A stretch of DNA of 64,000 nucleotides, taken from positions 12,276,001-12,340,000 of the forward strand of contig OX597825.1 in NCBI GenBank assembly GCA_951406725.2. The letters run 5' to 3'. The position numbers and the translations under genes are program-made. Source of the stretch: Octopus vulgaris (lineage: Eukaryota). This document shows, piece after piece, positions 1 to 12,050 of the stretch (the stretch's first letter is position 1; each line of letters opens with the position of its first letter). Under the pieces are notes generated by a model. It searched no databases. It was not told the DNA's origin and saw only the letters and a program-made list of their open reading frames with translations.

Positions 1-590
1 GTTTCGATAGTTTAAATACTACTTAAGTGCTGGAGTGGAATCCATTTTCTGATTATATAATTCTCCGAGCGTTTCTATCTTTCAGAAATCCTCGCCATTA
101 TTATTCCTGTTTAGTCTGGTGGCTTGGCCAAAATTGTAAAAATCTCGGACAAGCTGTCCTGTAGTACCTAGCTGTGAGTCTTTATATAGTTACGACTCTT
201 TCTTCTCACACGTTGTTTTTATTTTGTTTTTTTTTTATCATGATAGTTGATCGATTAATAACGCCAACTCTGCGATCACATATAACTTATAAAGATTTTC
301 TGACACAACTTTTAGAGCAAATTGTTTTCAAACTTCCGCTTCTCTTAGTTTCCTCACTTGGTCTTAGTAATCAATCACTGACTATAATAGCATTGAATTT
401 TTGTCCAAGTAATTTTCATTATATTTCAATTCTCACTTACTGTCCATGTAAATCGACAGATCCGTAAAACTTTCGTACCAAATTGCTATGAGGTTTATAC
501 AAAATAGTTCCCATGATGCATTTCTTAAATTCCTCTTTTATTTCTTCCAAGAATTTTCTTGCCCTTCCCTATTTTATACTTATATATTGT

Positions 591-607
591 ATACACACAC
601 ACACACA

Positions 608-656
<49 letters not shown>
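591..656. repeat. (CA)n microsatellite
   Basis: Near-perfect CA run seen directly. Confidence 0.97.
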
Positions 657-658
<2 letters not shown>

Positions 659-666
659 ATATATAA

Positions 667-935
667 TTATAATTTAGGGTATCTAAGAGATACCGCCACG
701 CTGGAAATAGCAGCCAAAACTTGACTCTAAAATGTGCTATCTGAGTATATTCCTCTGATGAATGCAGAGTCAGAACTCCAGGATCTGGAATTATCCAGCA
801 ATTTTTTTTGTTGCTAGTATATTTTATCTCTTGTCTTCTCTTCCGGTGCTGTTTGAACATTTAATGTGGTTTTAGAGTCAAGTTTTGGCTGTTATTTCCA
901 GCGTGGTGGTATCTCTTAGATACCCTAAATTATAA
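667..935 (+). mobile_element. Foldback mini-element with 66-bp inverted arms, probably Penelope pLTR-derived
   Basis: 667-732 is the reverse complement of 870-935 with 2 mismatches. The spacer contains CTGATGA (755-761). It lies directly after a (CA)n/(TA) tract. The inverted repeat is certain; the Penelope origin is inferred. Confidence 0.6.
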
Positions 936-1015
936 CATTAATAATTATTACCTTTGAAGGTTTTTATTCCCATGTTTGACACCTGATAAGATCGGTATTT
1001 AAATAACGATCTTAT

Positions 1016-1018
<3 letters not shown>

Positions 1019-1070
<52 letters not shown>

Positions 1071-1126
1071 TACATATATAAATGTATATATATGTATATA
1101 TATGTATATATATAAATGTATGTGTA

Positions 1127-1185
<59 letters not shown>

Positions 1186-1232
1186 ATATTTATATATATA
1201 TATACATATATATATATTACACACAGACATAT
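1019..1232. repeat. Imperfect (TA)n microsatellite
   Basis: Seen directly. Confidence 0.97.
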
Positions 1233-1785
1233 ATTTCTCATGTTATCTGAGTCTGTGGGTAAAGATCTACACAGTGTCTATATTGGACTGTCTGCGTATT
1301 CTAAGCATCCTCACAATTTTCATTGTTCTTCTTTGATCATTTAATGGCACGCACATTAACAGAGAAACTATTACTCAGAAGTTAGGTTATACTATAATAA
1401 TTACATTTGTTTTGCCTTCCAATCCTATTCCAAAAGCATTTTTCGATGTTACGCATATTGTTTGTTCCTTCCATCATTCATTCCAAAATATTTATGTGTT
1501 TCTGTGACTACTTTATTGATTCTTTTGTGTTATGCCGTTTAATGATATTTTTTCCATTCATTTTTAGCTTGGCATTTTCACACATATCAAGTCGTCCTAT
1601 GTTTATGTAAATATCGTTATTGTTACACTCATTTACTAATGCTTTCGGCTTCATAAAAGCCATTAATTTCCTTCTTGCTATTTTTGTCGATTCTTCATTT
1701 TTCTCTTACTTTTTCTTCTGCTTCGAGGCTTTTTTTCTTTTAATTTTTCTTCGCTTTCATTTGCTTCAATTTCTGTCGCCACTTC

Positions 1786-2229
1786 TCTTTCTTTCTTTCT
1801 TTCGTTCTTTCTTTCTTTCTTTCTTCTTCTTCTTCTTCTTCTTCTTCTTCTTCTTCTTCTTCTTCTTCTTCTTCTTCTTCTTCTTCTCTTCCTCGTCCTA
1901 CTCCTTCTCCTCTCCTCCTCCTTCTTCTCCCCGCTTCTTCCCCCTCCTCCTCCCCTCCTCCTTCATTTTCTCCACCTCCGCCTTCTTCTTTTTCTTCTTC
2001 TAGTTCTTCTTCCTCCTCCTCCACCTCTCCTTCTTCTTCTTCTTCTTCTTCTTCTTCCACCTCTTCTTCTCACCCCTCCTCCTCCTCCTCCTCCTCCTCC
2101 TCCTCCATATATTCTTCTTCTTCTTCTTCCTCCTCCTCCTCCTCCACCTCTTGTTGTTGTTGTTCTTCTTCTTCTTCTCCTTCTTCTTCTTCCTCCTCTT
2201 CCTCTTCTTCTTCTTCTTCTTCTTCTTCT
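1786..2229. repeat. Compound (TTTC)n/(CTT)n/(CCT)n tract
   Basis: Seen directly; it produces the poly-F and poly-E ORFs. Confidence 0.97.
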
Positions 2230-2230
2230 A

Positions 2231-2587
2231 TTGTCTTCGCACAGCTTCTAACCCTGGAGATATCCTACGGTGTCAGCTGTTCACTACCAGTGATCTACGG
2301 TACGGCCCTTATTTTTCCAGCACCATCTGGAGGATTCGAGCGGTTCCAAGCAGTGCTGTTTTCTGAAAGTGCTCCACACTTATTGCAGCCCCTATTTCTT
2401 CCATGTACTTCTCAAGATTTTTACACACTCTTCCCTGGCCTCCGACAATTATTGGTACTACTACTACCTTTTTCATCGACACGACTGATTAACATCCCAA
2501 GCTAACCTGTTATATCTATCGACTATTATTTCTTCCTTATCGTATACTTGTTGTCAGCTGAGCATGCTATATCAATGACCCAACATC

Positions 2588-2589
<2 letters not shown>
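2231..2589 (-). mobile_element. R4/Dong-clade LINE 3' fragment (REL endonuclease C-terminus + 3' UTR)
   Basis: Minus-strand translation, with frameshifts: CWVIDIACSADNK...KKVVVVPIIVGG...FQKTALLGTARILQMVLEK*. This is followed by a short 3' UTR and AATA(GAA)n. Confidence 0.85.
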
Positions 2590-2677
<88 letters not shown>

Positions 2678-2700
2678 TTATTATCATCATTATTATTATT
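2589..2700. repeat. (ATT)n microsatellite, the tail of the adjacent minus-strand element
   Basis: Seen directly. Confidence 0.97.
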
Positions 2701-3101
2701 GAATGAGAGAGTAGTGCATGCCATAAAAGTGACACTGGGGTAAAATACACGAAGCACAGTATACCCACTATGACTGCCCGTCTAATAAGGGTGCACTACG
2801 CACGTGCATCACAACCATATGTACGCGACATGGTGATCTCATATCAAGATAAACAGAGCATGACATTGCAGGTGGGTCTCAGTTAGAATTTTCTTCTGGT
2901 CGAGTAGCCCATCCCGCTGAAAAGGTCCCTGAATAAGAACTGTTTAAGGATGTTAAACGAACCACCCCAAAGTGAATTATCCAAACCGCCAAGAATTCCT
3001 TTCACCACACGGCTATGATGCTCCCCCACTACCTCTGCTCGTGATCAGAGTTGTACATATCGTCAGCCACCATGGGACATGCTCAACTGGTTATGGTCAA
3101 A
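2701..3101 (-). mobile_element. 5'-truncated copy of the ~550-bp (AAT)n-tailed non-coding repeat
   Basis: The reverse complement aligns with about 36833-37242 and with 32570-33073; it ends in (AAT)n. Confidence 0.85.
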
Positions 3102-3102
3102 C

Positions 3103-4255
3103 TTTAGCAGCTTTTAATAAACTTCCTTCACTATTACCTACATAGGAGTCTATATCTACTCTAGCTAACTCCACGCAGTCTTCCACTGATATTAACCCTC
3201 TTCTCCTTCCTTTCTATGTAGGTATAACCTTGCCACTCCTATCCTTGTATGGAGTCCTCTATTCATATTGACTTCTGTCCTAGTTCTTTTGCCTGGGTTT
3301 ACTAATTCAGTTTTTGTCCTACAAAATGTACTGACCATCTAAGTAATGATCCTGCTCAAATATTTACAGCTTTCACTAGAGTCGGACCGGTTTGTTTTGA
3401 CTTCATTAGTTTCCTCACCCTTCTGATGTACCCCTACTCAATTTTCGCTAACATTTTTGTAGTTAGTACTTTGTTAGATACTAATACAACTTTCTTTTCC
3501 TTTCAATGATTTTAATGCCTGGCCATCTGGTAATTGGATGCCCTTACTGTTGACTACATGTCCCCCTTCTCGCACTAATATTCCACACTTATCTATGCCA
3601 AATTCCATGTCTGTAACTTTGATAAAGTGTCTTACAGTCTGTATTAAGGAATCTATCTCTTTTTCATCCTTACTAAAAAGCATTAGATCATCCCTGTAGA
3701 GCAAATGGTTAATTTTACCATTACTATTTCTGAACAGATACCCAATCTCTGCCTTCCTTAAAAATAAACTCTGATCAAACATAAGACAAATCTTAAATTC
3801 CTCTTTAACATTAACTTTCCCTAAGAGTGTGTCACTTGTGTAGAGATCTACTTTCTATTTCTTCATGCTAAAGCTAATTAATTCCACAGGCTTGCCTATA
3901 GTCCATCCATGCTATTGTTAGATTACTTCATTTAGAACTGCTTTATTTACACATAATATTTCATGCGTTCCTCTAGCTTTCATCCTGCAAACTTTCTGTT
4001 CTTCTGGTAATAAATTCTGGTTGTCAAGGTGCTCGTAAATTCTTTCTGAAAGCATTCCTGTTAACAGTTTCCACATTAATGGTAAGCAGGTGATTAGTCT
4101 ATCGTTGCTAGCTGTACCACCCACCTTGCCCTTATCTTCCATAATGACTATTGTCCTCCCACTAGTAATCCAATCTGGTATTATTCCTTAGTTAAGGGAA
4201 TCCTTAAGTTGTTTCTGTAAACTACCAAAATTTCTCTTGCTAGTACCCTTCAACT
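3103..4255 (-). mobile_element. R4/Dong-clade LINE reverse transcriptase fragment (decayed)
   Basis: Motifs ITCLPLMWKLLTG, LLPEEQK, INHLLYRDDLMLF (the YMDD-equivalent), MEFGIDKC and GLISVEDCV, with multiple stops and frameshifts. Confidence 0.9.
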
Positions 4256-4689
4256 ATATTTTAAGAAATACTGGATTTACAATCATTCATGGTGTGAATA
4301 TATTTTAGGCAAAACACAGTATATATTCATATATCTAGTTTTCAGAAACTAATTCTGAAATTCTGTTAATCACTGCGAAGCTAATGAAAACACAGACACC
4401 ACAGAATGAATTAATACTAAAGTTAAGTAATAGGAACAACGAAATAAGCAATAAATAACAAAAGGACTGCATTTCTTGATTAGGAATATAAACAGATGAG
4501 AAATTACTACGACTTTAATGAAAGTAAAATATTTGGTGTTATTGTTGTGCTTTATATTGTTCGTTTACGCATTTAATTATTGCTGTACAGAAAACAGTGA
4601 TTAACAGTAACATGAAGCTTATGAAGTTGCTTAAATGAAAATGGCGTAAAATAATCTAGTTACACAGACATACGCGCGTATAATAACTC

Positions 4690-4845
4690 TTTCTACTATA
4701 TGCACAAGGCCTGAAATTTTATGGGAGTTGATTACATCGATCTCATGCTCAATTGCTACTTATTTATGTACTTGGAAATACTGAAAGGTAAGGTCTGTCA
4801 TGTGGTAATTTGAATATAAAACCTAAATCCATAAAAAATGGCACA
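4690..4845 (-). mobile_element. Decayed SINE family B copy with the older tail type
   Basis: ttctactata..cacaaggcctgaaattt...gattacatcga...tacttattt matches the copy at 39530-39730. Confidence 0.6.
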
Positions 4846-4867
4846 CAGTTTAAATCTAATGGTCAAC

Positions 4868-5235
4868 AACGGGGCGCCACTGCATGGTGCCAAAGATTCC
4901 AACATCACCATCAAAATACAGGTCCAGATACTGCAACAGCTTGGGTTTCAGAGGATCACAGCTCTTTAACATCCTCTCTAAATGCCTGAGAGACTTACAT
5001 GGTGTGGATGTGGGTTTCTTTAAAACTAACCTAGATCTCTTCTTGTCGGGGGTCCCAGATGAACCTACTTCACGACAGGAGACGCAGATGTGGGCAGCAG
5101 CATCGAACTCCCTTGTTGATCAAGTGCCACGTATCAGAGGTGGATACACATATTAGTGTAGCTCATTCAGCGGTGGTGCCCCGGCATGGCCGCGGCCTTC
5201 GGGCTAAAACATTTTTATGGATTTAAGGATTAAGG
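4868..5235 (+). mobile_element. CR1-like LINE 3' end (ORF2 C-terminus + 3' UTR)
   Basis: ORF 4884-5156 reads RYCNSLGFRGSQLFNIL...FKTNLDLFLSGVPDEP...AAASNSLVDQ. A 3' hairpin and short (ttaagga)-type tail repeats follow. Confidence 0.85.
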
Positions 5236-5523
5236 TGTAGCAACATAATTTACAGCCTCTGCCATCTCCCCACCACTATTTTACGTAGATCTTTCTTTTA
5301 TTTTATTACACCAAGTGTCTGCTAGTACCATCCCAGTCTCGTCTATTTATTCTCAACGAAGAATCGCCGAGAAAGTGCTCTGTATGCAGTCTCTTGATGG
5401 GAATAAACCTAAAAGAATACCCGAACCTCGTTGCTCATTATGTTTAGGATTTCTTTCCCGTAATTCTCATAGCACACTCACATACTCACACTCATATTGA
5501 AATGTATATATGTGCATGAGTGT

Positions 5524-5893
5524 ATGGTTCCGGGTTCAGTCCTACTGCGTGGTACTTTGGGCTAGTGTCTTCTACTATAGCCTCGGGCCGACCAAAACCT
5601 TATGAGTGTATTTGGTACAGGGAAACTGAAAGAAGCCCGTCGTATATGTGTATATGTATATATATATATATGTGTGTGTTTGTGTGTCTGTGCCCACACC
5701 TCCACCACCAACATCTGTTGACAACAGATGCTGGTGTGTTTTCGTCCCCGTAATTCAGCGATTCGGCAAAATCGAACGATAGAATAAGTAGTAGGCTTGC
5801 AAAGAATAAGTCCTGGGGTCGATTTCCTCGACTAAAGTCGGTGCTCCAGCATGGTCACAGTGAAATGAGTGAAACAGGTAAAAGAAAAAAGAG
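5524..5893 (+). mobile_element. tRNA-derived SINE family A (CORE-like domain, internal TA/TG tract), 5'-truncated
   Basis: B-box-like GGTTCAGTCC; aligns with the full copy at 61012-61430. Confidence 0.9.
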
Positions 5894-6139
5894 ATATATG
5901 CATGTATACAAAAACGCACGCACACACACACACACACATAAAATGAAAGATACTTTGATAAAGTATATTCCACTTCAAATATTTATGGCACACTAGTGCC
6001 ATAATGTTTTTAGAAACACCAATGCGTAGATATTTCTAGTAATTCATCTCTTGCAGGCGGCGGCACGTGCGGGTGCAGCAGGTTATTGGGATGTTGCGTT
6101 TTGCATGTTGCCGATGGCATGACCTAAATTTCGGGTATT

Positions 6140-6760
6140 GGTCTGTGTGTCCGTGTGCTTATAGTTAATGTCTGTGGTAATAGTGGTGTACTTTTTAATT
6201 ACCATTATATTATATCTAGGAATGGTAATTTGGTACCACTTGCCCCCTTTGTAAATTAATGAAATGGTTTCAAGTAGTTCTGTAGGATATCTAACGCTTC
6301 CAGAGTATTTAGAGATTCTGTTAAGATTATGAAGCAATCGTCAACGTATCTATTCCATTCTTTTTCAATATACTTTCTAAATTCAGTGCTATAGCTTTTC
6401 TGAGATATTCTAAATATCTCATTACAGAGTTCGCGTAAATGGGAGCAAACCTCGTTCCCATTACTCTGCCTTTAATTTGGATGTAATTCTCACCATTGAA
6501 GAAGAATGTGTTATTTTCTAGAATAAGCCTCACTGCGTCTAATATAAATGGCACTGTGAAATCTGTTTGGAATCAATTATTTATGCTTTCCTATCCTGTA
6601 TTTAATCGCATGTATTCCTAATTCATGAGGAATATTGATGTAAAGGCTTACTGCATCAAATTTAAGTAGAAGATGTTTTAGGAAGATGGGACAGAAAGTC
6701 CATGTCACCCTGAATGAAACTGGGTATGTAGGCACAGGGTGGTTTCAAAACAATGTCAAT
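6140..6760 (-). mobile_element. Penelope-like element reverse transcriptase fragment
   Basis: Motifs [40 protein letters not shown] (YVDD at 6337-6348) and LPFLDI...TDINYKHTDT; frameshifted. Confidence 0.92.
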
Positions 6761-6903
<143 letters not shown>

Positions 6904-7602
6904 ACATGTATGTATTTTTTATGTATGCATGACAAAGAGCTCTTTGACTTTTACTATTAAATTTACGTGAAATGACTATCTGCCTGCGTATTTGCGTGTG
7001 TGTGTGTGTACATATGTATAGTACACTATTAATCGATTCCTTCTCCCTTCACAAATAATTCACTTACTCCCATCTTGAATGAGATTTCGGGCCCTGTATA
7101 GTGTTACTTTCCGGCTACTAAACACTGTTTGCAAAGAGAGATTCAATGAAATCACAACACTAGTCAGTTGAGCTTAGATTATATAACGTTTCACCGATTC
7201 TATAATAACGAGTAAAGTATCGCCGAAGTAGTCGTATCTATGACAGATTATCATTCATTCGCATGCGCATGATAAGACAAAAACCAAAACAAGAATGCTA
7301 AATATATTTTAATGAACTTGAATTACAGCACATAATATTAACGCTAAAAATATACAAGTAAACATTGCGTTAAAAATGAATGCAATCTTTATTTCGTTTA
7401 CAAAGGAACGCAGGTACTTATTGTTAGAGAACGAATCCAATGAATAGACTGACAACACTGGAAGAGGAAGAGCGACAAAAACTCAGATAGCAGACGCTGC
7501 TTCGTAATCATTCCGAAAATCATTTGAAGAATATCGGATTGCAATATGAATCATTTGTTTCTCTTTTTGTGATTTTCTTTTTGTTATTTTTGCAGCAAAT
7601 CT

Positions 7603-7606
7603 AATA

Positions 7607-7684
<78 letters not shown>

Positions 7685-7687
7685 ATG

Positions 7688-7740
<53 letters not shown>

Positions 7741-8091
7741 GTATACATATGTGTATATGTATATATATATATATAAGCATATACATATATACATAAGTAT
7801 ATATATATGTGTGTGCGTGTATACATATACACATGTATCTATCCACACACATATATATATATACATATATATAGATATTTATACATGAATATACATACAT
7901 ATATATATATATACATATATACATATATATATATGTATATATATGCACGTATATACGTGGGTGTATACAAATACATGTGTGTATATATACATACGCATTA
8001 TATCTATGTATCAACGTAAACAAAGAGATATAGAGATATGTATACTTTTTATAACTATATTTATTATGAATGTAAATATGAATGTATTTAA

Positions 8092-8128
<37 letters not shown>

Positions 8129-8211
8129 CACGCAACTATTCACACACTCTCTCTCATGCATACATACATACATACACACATACTTACACTCGCACACACA
8201 CATACATACAC

Positions 8212-8243
<32 letters not shown>
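7603..8243. repeat. TA/TG/CA-rich compound microsatellite region
   Basis: Seen directly. Confidence 0.93.
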
Positions 8244-8245
<2 letters not shown>

Positions 8246-9423
8246 GAGTATCTATTTTTGTTTGTTCTTGTTTTGTTTTTGTCATGAGCGCGTATGCATT
8301 TCTGCTTTGCCTGTGTTGTTTATATCAGCGGACAAATGTCTACATTATATGTAATGTAATATAATGTGTAGCGAACATTCAATTGATTCCATGCAGCCAA
8401 TATATTCTAATAAATGTCAGTACTGCAAGAGTAGATAAGCGGCTGCTCCGTATGAAAAGAATATGATTGACTACCTACAGCTGCTTGGCTCGATGTTGTG
8501 ATACTGTCTTTTTATGTCTCCAAACAATCCTTAATTCTCTGATTATATCTAAATTTGAAATATTGTAAATCCCATCTCTCGCTTTGACCTACGCGTAATA
8601 CCATTCATATTTTATAAGCAGTTTTACATTATCGGCTACATATATCCAAGTAATGTATCTTGTCAGGCTTTTGCAAACCCAAATATAACCAACAGCACGC
8701 GCCTTTGATAACGAAACGGAAAGCAGTTTTCCAAATATAAAGATGGAGACACATAATTGTAAACTATACATATACTGCCAAACGTTTACGCACAGATATA
8801 CACACTCACACACAAACACATATCCAGATGCACACGCACTTACACACTAACATATATGTATGTAAACACAGATGTGTAAGTGAGTTTGGGTTTGTGAGAA
8901 CCTAGGTGAGTGTGAGTATGTGTGTGGTTGGTGTTCGTATGTATGTGTTTGTTGTGTGTAAGTGTATGTGTTTGTGCGTGTGTGTGTATTTATATACAAT
9001 AGAATTTTGTACGTATCCAGAAAATTCCTTTCAAACAATATTAACTTCAGAATATTGCAGAAGAAAATCACTGAACTCGCGGCATCACGTGTGTTCCAAA
9101 AATGCACTTCGTCTCCGGTCATATCTAAACACCAACATGAGAATAAGCAGCCCCATCTAAGAACATTCAATGACGAAAAAGAAGCCCAGGCAAATAAGTA
9201 GTCTGACACGAAATTATAATCATATATATATATAATGCAGGGAATGGCAATGAGAATTTTGGGGATCATTTTCATGCGCTTGAGATCATGGTACTCGCAA
9301 TGTCGCATTTTTAATTTCTTGTTATTTCAAACATTTAGCTACACAAGTATGTACATACTGCATTTAATCTTGACTCATTTTCCCCAACACTATTGGTATA
9401 GAAAACTCATGTCCACAGACCTT

Positions 9424-10360
9424 ATGAAAATGATAACAGCCAAACTATGTTGAGTGATTTTCTCTTATAAGTACAAACTGGGTCACTCTGCCGCAGACGC
9501 TCTATGGAATATCAAGCGGGCCTTTGGTAATGGTTTTGTTGATATCAGGATTGTTCAGAAATGGTTCCAAAGTTCCCGTTCAGGGGATGACAGGATTGAA
9601 AATAAACCAAGGGGTAGGCCAAAATCAGTTATTCTGCACTGGGGATTACATGCTTTGGTTGGACAAAATCCGAGAACAAACGTTCGAAAACTTTCATCAG
9701 GACTCCAAACATCTCGCACAACTGTTTCTGGACGCCAATAAAAAATTTGAAAAAATCAAGAAAACAGATAGAATTGTTTCATATCAACCGGAAGTAATTT
9801 AAAAGAAGACAAACAGAAGCCTCGAAGTGTGCTCCTTATTGCTATCTCCGCTGGAAAAAGACCATTTTTGCATCAACTCATTACTTGTAATGAGAAATGG
9901 ACACTCTTTGACAACAGTAGAACAGGACAGTGATTAAATCCAGGAAAATCACCTAAACATAACCCAAACACACCATGGCACCCTAAAAAGCTAGTGGTCA
10001 TTGTATGGTGGTCTGGGAAGGAAGTTATTCATTATTCATTTTTGCATCAAGGAAAAACGGTAAAAGCAACATAGTATTGCCAGGAAATTGATTGTATGCA
10101 TGAGAATTTGAAAAAGAAGTAACCCAGACTAGTGAATAGAGAAGGCTCAATTCTCCTCCACGACAATGCACATCCTCACACTCCTCAAGCTACGGTATAA
10201 AAGTAGCAAAGCTTGAATTATGAGATTTTCTAACATCCTTCCTATTTCCCCGATATGTCTCCTACTGATCATCACTTTTTAAAGCATTTTGAGCTTTTCA
10301 TAAGCAGTAAAACATTTTTAGATAGAAAAGAGGTAATTGAAGCATTCGGACTGTTTATCA
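9424..10360 (+). mobile_element. Mariner (DD34D-type) transposase, decayed
   Basis: HTH region (VQKWF...PRGRPK), LITCNEKW (first catalytic D changed to N), KKLVVIVWW, LLHDNAHPH and HPSYFPDMSPTD; many stops. TIRs were not resolved. Confidence 0.92.
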
Positions 10361-11251
10361 CATGAGAGCTAATATAGCTCTCTTCTTTAGTTTTATCTAT
10401 GATAACTTACTCTATAATAATAACAACATAATAAATTGTGTTCGATATTAACTGAACACAATCTTTCTTTTATATCGCTCTATAGACGATTATATATGTT
10501 TAGCAGGTGTTAACGTAAGTAAATTCCCCTTAATCTAGATTTTTTACCTTATTATCCGTTTAGTGTCTATTCCAAAATCGTCTTTAAAATATTCGAATAC
10601 TCTGATGTATAATTAATTGCGACACATTACACTTATTTTTTCCTATAAATACTTGATTTATTATTTACTATAAATACTTAAATTATAAATTTTATAATCC
10701 TGAAATTATTATTATTACTATTAAACTTTTTCTAAAAATAATTTCTTAAATCGAAAGGATAATTGATGGTTCAGTAATTCCTTTACTTCCTTCGGTGGAT
10801 TACTCATGGTAAACTCAAATACAGTCTGGCTAGTTATTTTATTTCATGCACAGAGATTTAAATAGATACACATACAGAAATTCATAGAGAGAATGTCAGC
10901 CCTTTAATATTCTAATATTATATACATTAGCACCCAATACATATTTTTTAGCATTGCTTAAAATAGACATGACTCCAAGAACAGATACATTACATGATTC
11001 CTAACAGAAAATCTATGTGCTTCTAACTTCCTTTTTAGTTTTTATCCAAGCTACCGGCAAGTACAAATTTCGCAATTCCGATTTTCTCTTATGAATAGCT
11101 CTGTCTATTTACATAAATGTGAATGAATTCGTTGAACTGTGTTTAATAATTTAGATCATATTCTGAGTATTTTACATTTTACATATATATATATTTATAA
11201 TAGAAATATGTTACAAAAAGAAAATAGAAACTGCACGAGGTAACGTAAGGG

Positions 11252-11388
11252 AAAGTAAGAAAAATAAACGAAAATGCACATTGTAAATCAAAGAAGTGAA
11301 AGGCTTTTTATGAAAAGTAATGAAAAATAAACGAAAATGCACATTGTAAATCAAAGAAATTAAAGGCTTTTTATGAAAAGTAATGAAA
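11252..11388. repeat. Local tandem duplication, ~63-bp unit x2
   Basis: aaaaataaacgaaaatgcacattgtaaatcaaagaa...aaaggctttttatgaaaagtaa occurs twice. Confidence 0.9.
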
Positions 11389-11535
11389 GATATATACAAT
11401 TAGATGAACTGAGGTAGGAATAAAAGTAATAAAAGTCATTATTGTGAAATTATTAAAAGATTCAAGCATTACGGTTCGTAAGTAACTAATCATTGCTTTG
11501 AATACAACTATTCATTGCTTTGAATGCACACCGAT

Positions 11536-11572
<37 letters not shown>

Positions 11573-11574
<2 letters not shown>

Positions 11575-11788
11575 CGGAGATGTACTCGCATAGCAAGTAA
11601 TTTGATCTGAGATCGTGTGCTGAAACGAAAACAATTGCAGCGTGGAAGGTGCAGCACGGACTTTGTCAGTGAACAGGTCGCGGATTTTAGCGACGAAAAT
11701 ATTTTGACAAATTAAACTTAAATGTTGGAGTGAATCGAACGGCTTTTGTGTGTTTCTTAAATGGCTTATAAACACCTTCCACGCTGCA

Positions 11789-11793
<5 letters not shown>
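11573..11793 (+). mobile_element. Penelope pLTR-like mini-element inside (TA)n, with a 21-bp inverted repeat
   Basis: (TA)n lies on both sides. 11631-11651 is the perfect reverse complement of 11773-11793. It contains a hammerhead motif. Confidence 0.7.
11662..11711 (+). ncRNA. Minimal type I hammerhead ribozyme motif, G3:C8 variant
   Basis: Stem I tttgtca/tgacaaa, core GTGAACA, stem II gtcgc/gcgac, GAAA, and palindromic AAAATATTTT across the stem III region. Confidence 0.75.
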
Positions 11794-11831
<38 letters not shown>

Positions 11832-11837
11832 TATAGA

Positions 11838-12050
11838 AGGACATGCATACCAGCCTCCCCTCTCCACACCAACGATCTCATCCAAGATAAAAGCAAAGGG
11901 CGATACAGTGATGCCGCAACTCATTTCTGCACCTGAATGAACTATACCAACGCGAAATAAAGTGTCTTACTCAAGAACACAACACAGCTTGGCCCGAGAT
12001 TCGAAGTCAATACCTCACGATTCTGAGCCGTTGGTCACCCACTCGGCCCA
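11838..12050 (-). mobile_element. Decayed tRNA-derived SINE (Meta-like central domain, distinct tail)
   Basis: The minus strand has gtgttgtgttcttgagtaagacactttatttcgcg..., shared with 39350-39430, and a different 3' tail (ggagaggggaggctggtatgcatg). Confidence 0.65.

Noticed and set aside
9675-9703. Minus-strand CTGATGA-aagttttc-GAAC hammerhead look-alike
   Set aside because: It lies inside mariner coding sequence, has GAAC instead of GAAA, and has no convincing stems.
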